DNA from: Amphiscolops sp. MND2022
Taxonomy: Eukaryota
Assembly: GCA_964187785.1 (NCBI GenBank)
Contig: OZ076413.1
Span: forward strand, 41,728,001-41,792,000
Direction of reading: 5' to 3'
DNA: 64,000 nucleotides
Both the position numbers and the translations under genes were made by a program. The notes below the pieces were generated by a model. That model had not been told where the DNA came from, ran no database searches, and saw only the letters and a list, made by a program, of their open reading frames with translations. Numbering within the stretch: the first letter of the stretch is position 1; each line of letters starts with the position of its first letter. Shown piece by piece: positions 38,701 to 47,719 of this stretch.

Positions 38701-41700
38701 TATGACCTGGAATCTTATGGTTCCTGCGTTCAAGCTGATCCTCGCTCTGCTGCGGACAAGCGTGCCAACAAAATCCTCGAGACAACCACCGTGCACGATG
38801 GAGAGCGATACTCAGTCGGCATGCTGTGGGCGACAGACAACGTAACGCTGCCTAACAATTACTACGCTTCACTGGTTCAACTGAAATCACTTGAACGGAG
38901 ACTGGAAAAGGACCCAGAGCTCAAATCAAACTATATCAAAACCGTCCACGATGATCTTCAAAAGGGTTACGTGATCCCCGTTGGTGAGTTTAGCCCAGAA
39001 GGCCGTTCCTCACGAGATTGGTATTTGCCACATCACCCCGTGGTAAACCCGAACAAGCCGGGAAAAGTTCGACGGGTACTAAACGGGGCGTCAAAGTTTC
39101 ATGGCAAGTCGCTAAATAGTTGCCTGTTAACAGGCCCTGATCTCTTGCAAGACTTGTTAAACGTCCTCCTTCGCTTCCGGCAGTATCAGTATGCAGTTTC
39201 AGCAGATATTGAAGGGATGTTCCTTCAGGTCGGTGTGCCTCCTCCAGATCAAACATGCTTGCGTTTTTTGTGGCGGGAGGACCCCACACAGAATGTGGAG
39301 ACACTCCAGTACACGAGACACATTTTTGGAGCGAGAGACTCGCCGACGTGCGCTAACTTTGCGCTTCAACAAACAGCTAGAGACAATGAAGCCACCTATC
39401 CTCTTGCCGCAAAAGCCGTCCAACAGAAGTTCTATATGGACGACTACCTTGATTCTGTTGAGCGTCCTGAAACTGCTTTGAAACTGAGCCAAGAGCTAAT
39501 TGAAATGCTCAAACTAGGGGGCTTCAAGTTAACAAAGTTCATTAGTAACGTAAACGATTTGTCTGAAACACTTGAACCGTCCCTTCCTGTTCCACAAGTT
39601 AAAGAATTAATCCAACACCCAACGATCACGTCGCATGTTTTAGGTCTCAAATGGGATCACAAAGCTGACACACTGAATGTGAGCCGAGGCGTTAAGTTGA
39701 AGGAAAATCGACCCAACACACAACGCACTGTGTTGAGCACGGTCTCTGCCGTTTTCGATCCACTGGGAATTGTCGCACCTTTTACCGTCGTTGCTCGCGT
39801 GCTCTTGAAAGATATTTGGAAACTCAAAGGGCAACAGTGGGACGATCCACTGCCCGAAGACCTCTCTCGTCGATTTGATGATTGGTGTTCCGGACTACCG
39901 TTGCTTCAAGACATGACAATCCCCCGCGCATATTTCTCTAGCCCAGTCGAAGAAATTGAGCTGCATATGTTCGGTGACTGCTCCAAGGACATCTTCTGCG
40001 CTGTAGGCTTCCTTCGAGCTAAGTGTCAAGGTTCAAATTTTGCGCATTTGTCATTTGTAGTAGGCAAAGCACGTGTTGCACCTATGAAACCAATAACAAT
40101 TCCTAAACTCGAGTTGCAAGCTGCGCTCCTCGCTGCACACTTACGTCAGAAAATCCTCGGTGCATTAACTTTCGATGTGCCACAGTCTTTCATGTGGACT
40201 GATAGCAGCACAGTGCTTCAATGGCTTGCTTCAGCAGATAAACAGCCTGTTTTTGTTGCGAACCGCGTAGCGGAAATTCTGGAAACCACAACAATCGACC
40301 AATGGTTTCACGTTCCTACTGCTAATAACCCTGCAGATGCTGGAACGCGCGGACTCGCTGCAACAGATCTACCAAGTTGTTGCTGGGTTAAAGGGCCAAA
40401 TTTCCTTAGAACATCCGATTGGCCGTTTGAACCGGAACCATCTGCCATTTACACTATTAAACCAACGGAAACGTGCGCAACTGACGAATTACAGTCCAAC
40501 TCGCTGGCAGCAGCGTCGCCGCCTAACTCTCCCGTCATAGTTTGGAGTAACTATAGCTCTTACTTCAAGCTCATCCGAATTGTCGCTTACCTTCTTCGGT
40601 TTTCGCCTCGCTACCGTCATTTTCGTTCCGTCAATGGCAAAATTGAAGACCCGAGCGAGTTGGAGAATGCCAAAAAGAAACTACTCTACTTGTCGCAAGT
40701 AGACTCCTTCCCCAACGATCTCCTGGCTGCCAAAGGTCAAAATTCTGGTAAACCCCGTCTTTTATCATATTCCCCTTTCATCGGACCTGACAATTTATTG
40801 CGCTCACAGGGCCGACTCCGGCGCCTTCAAGACGTTGGATACGACACTAAACACCCCGTACTACTTGATGGCAAACATCCCTTTATCAAGTTAATGCTGA
40901 TATATCTGCATCAAAGTTACCATCACCTGGGCTTTGACTATGTAAGAGCCCAAGTAAGCCATAAGTACATCATTCTGAAGATCCGCGCCACCCTCCGAAC
41001 TATCCGCTACCAGTGCATTCCTTGTCGAAAACGGGACGCCGCAATCGTGAACCCCATTATGGCTGACTTACCGAAAGAAAGGCTTGGCTATTTGGAGCCA
41101 GCCTTCAGTAACTGCGGTGTGGATTACTTTGGTCCCTTTTTTGTTTCTATTCGACGCAGCTTAGAGAAAAGATGGGTGTTCCTGTTTACGTGTCTCACCA
41201 CCCGAGCAATACACCTGGAAATAGTTAGTTCAATGGACACCAGTGCGTGCGTTGCCGGAATTGAACGCTTTATAGCCCGGCGAGGAATGCCCAATGTTAT
41301 ATGGTCCGACAATGGAACTAATTTTGTCGGGGCCGAGAAAGAGCTCCTCGAGGTCACCCGTCGCTGGAATGACTACGCGCCAGCGGCACTCGTGTGCAAG
41401 GGTATTCGGTGGAAGTTCAATCCGCCCAGCGCCCCGCATCAAGGTGGGTCCTGGGAAAGGATGGTCCGGAGTTGCAAGAGAGTTTTCTACAGTATCCTCG
41501 GGAACCGTAGAATGACAGATGAGACTCTGAACACCACCTTCTGCCTGGTTGAACAAGCACTGAATAATCGCCCGCTGACGCCTGTTAGTGACGACCCGAA
41601 CGAATTGGAAGCGCTAACGCCTAATCATTTTCTTTTAGGCCGATCATTCCAAGCATTACCAAGTCTAGTTCCGGGAGATGAACCAGATCTCCGCCGACGG

Positions 41701-42054
41701 TACACTAAAGCCCAAGCCTATGCCAACGCAATATGGGTTAGGTGGATGAAAGAATACGTACCATCGTTGCATAAGCGTGGTAAGTGGAACAAACACTCTG
41801 ATATCAGCCTGAAATCAGGGGACCTCGTGTGGATTGTCGACAGTGCAAACCCACGAGGCTGTTATCCACTCGCTCGCATAACATCGTTGCGTTATGGGGC
41901 CGATTCCGTGTCCCGCTCCGCTGAGCTGCGAACTTCTACCGGTTCACTTGTTCGTCCGCTGGTCAAACTTGCTCCTGTCTTCGGGCCAACATCTTCGTTG
42001 GGGGCGGAGGATGTTGTTGACAAACAACATAAGCAAGTGACAACTAATGATTGA
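35710..42054 (+). CDS. Bel/Pao gag-pol polyprotein (about 2114 aa): gag, Cys/His knuckles, protease, RT, RNase H, integrase
   Basis: YDGDPLSW gag motif, ALCDTGS protease, YMDD RT, KARVAP...TIPKLEL RNase H region, GVDYFGP / WSDNGTNF / GGSWER integrase. Reads into the 3' LTR. Confidence 0.97.
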   Translation: MEACSSKPESLLETASRLFKTRDRFENELRNTCEDIESVLTSDTKRKTKVESLLGRAEEKLQKAITTNNQLRDLAPNTNDPQKTIEDLDQWLKNAMACHDKTTTMARDYLDGTSDKATEDAESVPSHKSIGSRSHKNSQPSSRSASMTSSQRRRALEATKLRAQEAERQTAAAMQLEKDRFDLRLKEIAEEKRRKLNELKIDEMELADDSSVANDVNLAPLGVNDEDGGTGNLTADWVHSIVNQTEREMGVPLPTDVVPPASRGLDQATSSILDNVKPTTHIEDNLNQFADNATTDQSNVIDNTIVPSLQQHLNFNSEAVTELRPYVFGSTAISTSHSQQRPNFNGQSSLLTNSYVPKMSLWVNNHVAATTTSSLTTTRPAPIFTACTNTNVVSTTAVFPPRAQGSVHYGSSPFPTQTLVLPNTEPISAPTGHLTPFGASTVNLAQPGVTMQNLFEALKSNRKGPLPEWTLSKYDGDPLSWHEWSGQFKSAIDSANLTDDEKLTYLKTLVTGKAKLAIADVAYSGRFYRDSLKTLERKFGQPQVVVGAYFDKLASYTPVKIHSSEQIIDFANFIAGIIGVFRSLNYENDLRGAAMLNQAVYKLPPNLREQWSMHTVVKDMLRPTLIDFNDWLKQKAEAHERMNVSGTSKPKAEESKVKSNSKSFSATAAATGSTLSTTPRHARRTNPEGQFLPCPCCKGKHPLWKCDEFKAKTPTQRAKLAADNNFCFRCVNGVHRASECGKDIQCTSPDCQNPRQHNTLLHGASRIYPLRQKKSSSPKLNNAASATVSSGSKSTCSYAATDIDTRGLIPVVLVNVSSRCGSAEVLALCDTGSVHSWVSDRLAKTLSLTGSPSKVALSGILSNQEVITERVEVVVSSLYANPPFSFDLKPFTKSLTLGKELIDIPELQKQHPHLAPIPPIVYNYSDIQLIIGQDAYYAIHPINAFKGDPMNDPWAVQLPLGWALCGATPERTSASFVSTCFKATVEDFSLAEQVKAWYDLESYGSCVQADPRSAADKRANKILETTTVHDGERYSVGMLWATDNVTLPNNYYASLVQLKSLERRLEKDPELKSNYIKTVHDDLQKGYVIPVGEFSPEGRSSRDWYLPHHPVVNPNKPGKVRRVLNGASKFHGKSLNSCLLTGPDLLQDLLNVLLRFRQYQYAVSADIEGMFLQVGVPPPDQTCLRFLWREDPTQNVETLQYTRHIFGARDSPTCANFALQQTARDNEATYPLAAKAVQQKFYMDDYLDSVERPETALKLSQELIEMLKLGGFKLTKFISNVNDLSETLEPSLPVPQVKELIQHPTITSHVLGLKWDHKADTLNVSRGVKLKENRPNTQRTVLSTVSAVFDPLGIVAPFTVVARVLLKDIWKLKGQQWDDPLPEDLSRRFDDWCSGLPLLQDMTIPRAYFSSPVEEIELHMFGDCSKDIFCAVGFLRAKCQGSNFAHLSFVVGKARVAPMKPITIPKLELQAALLAAHLRQKILGALTFDVPQSFMWTDSSTVLQWLASADKQPVFVANRVAEILETTTIDQWFHVPTANNPADAGTRGLAATDLPSCCWVKGPNFLRTSDWPFEPEPSAIYTIKPTETCATDELQSNSLAAASPPNSPVIVWSNYSSYFKLIRIVAYLLRFSPRYRHFRSVNGKIEDPSELENAKKKLLYLSQVDSFPNDLLAAKGQNSGKPRLLSYSPFIGPDNLLRSQGRLRRLQDVGYDTKHPVLLDGKHPFIKLMLIYLHQSYHHLGFDYVRAQVSHKYIILKIRATLRTIRYQCIPCRKRDAAIVNPIMADLPKERLGYLEPAFSNCGVDYFGPFFVSIRRSLEKRWVFLFTCLTTRAIHLEIVSSMDTSACVAGIERFIARRGMPNVIWSDNGTNFVGAEKELLEVTRRWNDYAPAALVCKGIRWKFNPPSAPHQGGSWERMVRSCKRVFYSILGNRRMTDETLNTTFCLVEQALNNRPLTPVSDDPNELEALTPNHFLLGRSFQALPSLVPGDEPDLRRRYTKAQAYANAIWVRWMKEYVPSLHKRGKWNKHSDISLKSGDLVWIVDSANPRGCYPLARITSLRYGADSVSRSAELRTSTGSLVRPLVKLAPVFGPTSSLGAEDVVDKQHKQVTTND

Positions 42055-42313
42055 CAGTTCCTTTTAGAGCATGAAACCCCTAAAACTAATATGATTGACA
42101 ACAACTTTTGACCTCTTACATAACAGGCTGGTATTTTCGCGTCTGGTTCGGACTGTGTTCAATAATAAAGCACAAAAAAAACCTTCATACGGAAATTGTA
42201 AACCTCATGTGCAGTAAATCCATACATGAAAACGACCACTATTTCATTTGATATGACTATAGCTTCAAATTAACTCTTCGAGTTTTTACTCCTTTTTACT
42301 GTCGTCAGTAAAA
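42012..42313 (+). repeat. Bel 3' LTR
   Basis: Direct repeat, preceded by the PPT GGGGGCGGAGGA (42000-42011). Confidence 0.95.
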
Positions 42314-42431
42314 CCCAGGAACTTGAGACTTCATTCTCACTGTCACTTGAGATGTAGATCACTGAATCCACTGAACTTTCTGAGTCTTCTTCAAGATCAA
42401 GGAGCTTTTTAGTTAGGTTATACCTTTGCAT
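42314..42431 (-). pseudogene. 5' part of the Gypsy accessory sense ORF (MQRYNLTKKLLDLEEDSESSVDSVIYISSDSENEVSSSW), interrupted by the Bel insertion
   Basis: Removing the Bel element and one TSD copy joins this in frame to 33985-33321 (261 codons in total). Confidence 0.7.
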
Positions 42432-43309
42432 TATGAGTTTCTTAGCAATTTTGCTGATTGGGAAAGTTAACTAGTTTGAGTGAGATTTAAAGCGGAATGA
42501 ATTTACCAACTCAAAATCTAGTCGACTCGGGCTTTTTCCCGGCAATTCATTTTTTGGCGGTCGAGTTATCGGTAAATCGCCCTGATCCGACGTAAACTTT
42601 CCTGAATGGACTTTTATAATTAGTCGGCGTCCTTTGATAACTCAGTGTTTACCCCCTATCAGCACCATCACTCTGAGAGGTGTTAATGACGCTTGAGTTG
42701 TAAATATTATCTTCACCCGTTTCAAGTGGGTAATTAACGGTTTGCCTGATGGCAATTAACGACACCCGACGCGGAATTCTTTCAAAATGGCTTCAGCCAA
42801 TCAGCGTTAAGCTTCGATAAGTTGTAAGATTGAATAATAAAATGGCGAAAATAATAAATCCAAATAATCCAAGATGGCGAAAGTTTTAGCTAAGGGTAAC
42901 TAGGGTAACTGGACAAAACGGCAAAACAAAACAGGGCAAACGGCCATAACTGGCCTCTAACTAAATAAGCTGCAAACAACAAAGTTCTTTGTAAACTTCG
43001 CTGGCAGACTCCATGTACAGAATAAATATGTAGATAATCTATAATATTAGTCTGGTAATAATCTTCAGCCACGAACTCCAACTTTCCAATTTCTTCAATT
43101 CTTCTACCCAATTTTAATTCCATTTCAATTCTGATTATCTTTTATTTGTTTCCTCTCGACTGATACTCATTTTCTTGCACGCGTTACTTCTTAGCCGATT
43201 CTTCGTCCCAGAGCAACCCTTGATCCCCCTTCTCCAGCCAGTTTCGGCCATATCCATCAACTCCTATAGCCGGACAAGGACTCGTTCCCACATCCAATTC
43301 AATCCCAGG

Positions 43310-46300
43310 ATGTCTTCTTCTGAAGGTTGGTTTGTTTTTATTTCGAACTAAATCTAACTTGATCAGGGTTAAATCCGTTCACAATATGCTTCCTGTTTCC
43401 ATTAGTAAACGCGTGATAACACGTTTCGTTCAGATTTTCAAACACTTCCGGAAGTTTTCTAATGCGGTAAAATGGATTTTTTTCAAGGAAGCTCACCGCC
43501 AAATTTCATCTACTTTTGTTTAGCAAATCAGCCAGGAGACGAACCGCAAACACAAACCAACTCTGCAGCGGACATTCCCGACCAACATACACAAACGACT
43601 GTTTCTGTGGGTACGTTCTCCACCGTCCGTGGATCACAATTGTCTCCTCCTCCTTTTCCTCCAATAAAGCCACCAAGGTCTCCCAGCAGTACAGACAGCA
43701 ACGTCGACGTATCATCTTATGCCGATGAAAAGCTTCAGCTCCTCGAGCAGGCCCAACAGCAATCAAAGGGACATACTGAGAAGAACTCCGAGAGAGGAGA
43801 ACAAGAGACTGGGAGGGGTATAACTGAGGGTCCTTCTTCCACGCAGATCGAGGCACGGGTTACTACGCGGCTCTTTCGTACCAGTACCCCTACCCCAGGC
43901 GTAGCCCGTGAGACCGTCGAGCTCAATTTGACTCAGCTAGAGACTGGACTAACGATTGCTCCTTCCTCAAGGACTATACTACCGGAATTGTTGCCCACTA
44001 ACGTGACTCCTGCCGAAATGTCCGCAGCCTCATTTCTTCAGATTGAAACGGACGAAAGCTCTTCCCTATGTGATGTCCCCAAGCTGCCAACTGGAACACC
44101 AAAAGTCAGGTGGTTGGGCGATGAGACTGGAACCGAAGAAGCCGGCGACACATCCAGCCAGGCTAGTGCCCCTCAATTGTACGCTTACCTGCCAATAGGT
44201 AATGTAGCAGACACTGCAGGAGAAGGGTCATCAACTGATACTTTCGCTGCAATTCCTGATTCCATGCGTCTTTCTACTTCAGCAGCTCAGGACCCCAAAA
44301 TCAGGGAGCTTTCCGGCCGTAGTGGGGCCATTTTGAAACAGTATTTCGATGATGATGCCAGCACTATCACCTTCCCGCTTGGTCATAGAACTGTGGCATT
44401 CACGGAGCCACAAATCTATCATCTCCTAAGGGTCCTTACAGATGAGACCTTGAAAATGTCCTACTCCACCATGGAGCAGATGGTAATTGGAGCGGTTAGG
44501 GGGGCCCCGTCACTTCCAGTCCCCGAACTGACCACTTCAAGATCCGACCAAGGGCTCAAACTCCCAGCCCAGGGCTGCAAAGTGATTCGGAAGATAGTTC
44601 GCGGGCTGAGTACTGTTCCGGATCAGGGACTGACACCTCTGAAGGATCCAGTGCTGGCCAAGAAAGTAGAGGGTTAGAATCTTTCAACGAAACTGACAGT
44701 TCTGGTGAGATGGCACTCATCTCACAGGCTTTCAAGGAACCTTTCAGCCGCGTTCCACCTTCTCGAGCTGACCCTACCCAAGCAGGTTTTGAGTCCACTG
44801 ATCAATTCAGCCTCGACGCCACACTCTCCGAAATACGTACCCAGACGGCCCCAGCACAACCTCTAGTTTCGAGTTCTGGCAAATTGCCCAAGAAGAAACG
44901 GCGCGGCCATACACGAGGCATTCCCATGAAGGAGGAATTCTTCTCCAAAATTGGCTGGACCCGGTCGTTCATCTCCGGGCCAGCTGATCCCCTTCACAAT
45001 CCTTATATGGTGTGGTGCCATATATGTAAGAAGAATATTTCTGTGAAAACCAAGGGTACACTAGAGATTCTGCGTCACCACAGAACTGAAAAACAACTCA
45101 GGCGTGACAAGAGATGGCGCTATGAACACCTCAAAAGCGTTGATCCAGTGACTGGGAAAGTGCAGCATCGGGTCAGAGGGCGGAACGGCAAGATCCTCAC
45201 TAAGATTGAGCTGGCGAAAGAACTCCCCAAATTTATACACGTTGAACTAATAGACATCGGAGAACGCTTCCCATTCTACGACGACTTCGTGAAAGGGACG
45301 TCAACCACACTCGTCACTCCTGCGTCTAGGGCCAAGACACAAATACACCTCATTGGAGACTTTGTGCAAACTCACGGTGATCTTGGAGTACTCCGCAGAC
45401 TATGGGCTCAGATAGGATCTCTGACGAACTATCAAACCAGTTACTGCGATTTTGATTGGGGGGAAGAACGAATTTCGGTAGGTTCCCTTTCAGGCTAACA
45501 TTTGCTCAGGGAGGGTATAGGTTCCCTACACATTTCATAATTGTCTTTTTCTTCTTTAGACCATCTTCCAACACATTTTCAATTGTGCCATGAGTGAATT
45601 AGCAGAGCAAATCGCTACCACCCAATGCTTCGCTATCGAATTTGAAAATGTGGGCGTGAATAGACTCATGTCTATCAAGTTCTGGAAAGGCGATTCTCTT
45701 TGTCGCGTCTTTGTGTGCCGAAGTGGGCTTCCCTCCGCTGATCTGACTGGAGACTTGGGTTCGATATCCAGACTACTCTCTGTGGTTTCAACCAAAGCCG
45801 ATATCGTTGCCTGTTCGGGATGTCCGGTAGAGTTGAACCAAACCATAGATCACAATGAGTTCTTTCCCCGAGCAGTACAGAGTTGCTTTCGTTTTGAGCA
45901 GCTGCAGCTTCAGAAGATGATGCATAAGCCCACCTACAGCGTGTTTGGACGGATCGACTTTTTCTCCGTCCTAAAGTGCCTGATCGTTTCATTGGGAGCT
46001 GCTACTGGTGAGGACTGGGTTCTGGAATCTCCTGATCTGGGACGAGTAAGTATATTAAGTCCACTCATGTAGTTAGGGGTTTGAAGGTAGGTGCAGTTGA
46101 GAGACAATTTTGGTTCATTTAAGGCCATCGACACCTGCAAACTAGATTTGCCAAGCCTCCCCAATCTCTGCCGAGAACTTGTGAAGCATTGGAAGGCAAT
46201 CAGACAGTACTTGACTACGCACACCCCTCCCAAAGGAATGCAAGGAGTCCACAATCAGGTCCAAAGCTTCGAGTGGTCCATCATCTGTGACTTCGTCTTC

Positions 46301-47637
46301 GTCACCAAATTGGAATTCTTCCAACGTATAATTGGCGATTGTGAGTATACGGTGTCATTTCACGTCAGTGCACTAAGACGTCGTTCTGATAATTTAGGTC
46401 CTTGAGTTGTTGAATCACTATTAACATTGTTTCGTTTGTGTATCCTATTCCTCTCATAATCACGACTGTTGTATTTCCAGACGTTACCAGTTTCGCCATC
46501 AATCTGCAGGGCCGCCGTGATGCGTCGTTCTTCCTCTGTGGGGAGGTTTGCCGCTTTGTTTCAAAACTGTGCGCCCGATGTTATTTGCCAGAAACCATTC
46601 CCCTCGAGAACTCGTGGTTCCTCCTTCTCGGGTTTAAGGTGAGCGAGGGCAAATTCATGAGTGAGGAAGACTTCCTTATCCGGCACCGCCTCACAAACCG
46701 GATAGCTACAGCCAGCAAACAGAGTGCAGAAGTCACACACCTAAACAAGAAATCGGAGAAGGCTGGTATCGAGAAGACGGCCGCAGAAACGACCAGCAGC
46801 TTTGTCAAAGAGGCGTTGCAATTCTTTCAATATCTGGTCAAACAAGTCCTCAGTCAAGCTGGTCTGAGCTCTGAAGTGATCAAGGGGTTGGCTGCTTTTG
46901 ATCCCTTCGTCCTTTTCAAAAGGCCTTCTGAGGTCGGGCTCCGGCACTTCGATGTGCTATATTCCACTTTCCTGCTTCGCTCATGGGTCACTAGCGTCAA
47001 CGAGAACAGTTGTCGAGACGAATATCTGGCTCTGTTGGACTACCTCCGAGTCAACTATCCTCCAGATTTCGATCTGATGGAGAATTCCGTCGATCTTATA
47101 GACTTTTTAATGGGGCTTGAGTTTTTCCAAACTCATGAGCACTTGTTCTATCTGTTCAAACTCTGCTGCTTGTGTCTGACTAGTGTTAGCCCCCAATATC
47201 CTCCAGTACAATTCGGGAGTGTTGACACAACCGGGTGTCAGGGCCGTTTTGCCGATCTAGTGGTGCCTTGCCAGAGTTACCTTTCCTGTGTGCCCAATTC
47301 CATTTCCCATTGCTGCTCGGATGTCAATTTAGAGAAGTTCTCAGTTCTCAGTTCCTCTTTCGAGCGTTCTGCTTTCTCTGCTGACTACGATCCATGGACC
47401 CTTGTGGATGAGTTTGGTAGGTCTAAGATCTACAAGAGTCTTCTCACTTCCTATAAGGCCGTTACTGCTGTTCCTTCTACTCGTTCTGTCCGGATAGAAA
47501 AGGATACTGCCTCGTCCATTCCTGATGATTCAGCTGTAAAGGTGCCTTCCAAGAAGCAGAGGAAGCGAGCAGGTAGCAGCAGTTCTACAATTTCGTCTGC
47601 ATCCAAGAAAGCCGTTCAAGGGTCCTCTAAAGACTAA
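43310..47637 (+). CDS. Antisense five-exon gene inside the Gypsy element: zinc-finger, hAT-transposase-derived protein of about 1287 aa (exons 43310-43325, 43524-45477, 45560-46045, 46091-46340, 46481-47637; 1-nt frameshift near 44505)
   Basis: GT-AG introns with matching phases (1,0,0,1). WCHIC...RHHRTEK finger, FAIEFE strand, LQ motif, LAAFDP and LFKLCCLCLT hAT-like C-terminal motifs, basic NLS-like patches. Confidence 0.75.
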
Positions 47638-47719
47638 ATGTACATATGTATTACTTGTAATGCCCCAATTATTTATTGCAAAAGATTCTCTGAGGGGCCA
47701 GAAAAAAGGATAAGAAGAA

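Larger units (their letters stand above)
33991..42313 (+). mobile_element. Bel/Pao LTR retrotransposon, intact and recent
   Basis: LTRs of 303 and 302 bp, identical except for one A in a homopolymer. CCCAG TSD (33986-90, 42314-18), PBS, PPT and one long ORF. Confidence 0.97.

Noticed and set aside
43434..43466. Extra 33-nt exon in the first intron of the antisense gene
   Set aside because: It has AG/GT borders but contains an in-frame TAA in the required phase.
43310..47700. Autonomous hAT DNA transposon inserted in the Gypsy element
   Set aside because: No TIRs or 8-bp TSD found by eye, almost no space after the stop codon, and catalytic residues appear to be missing. Not fully excluded without other copies.
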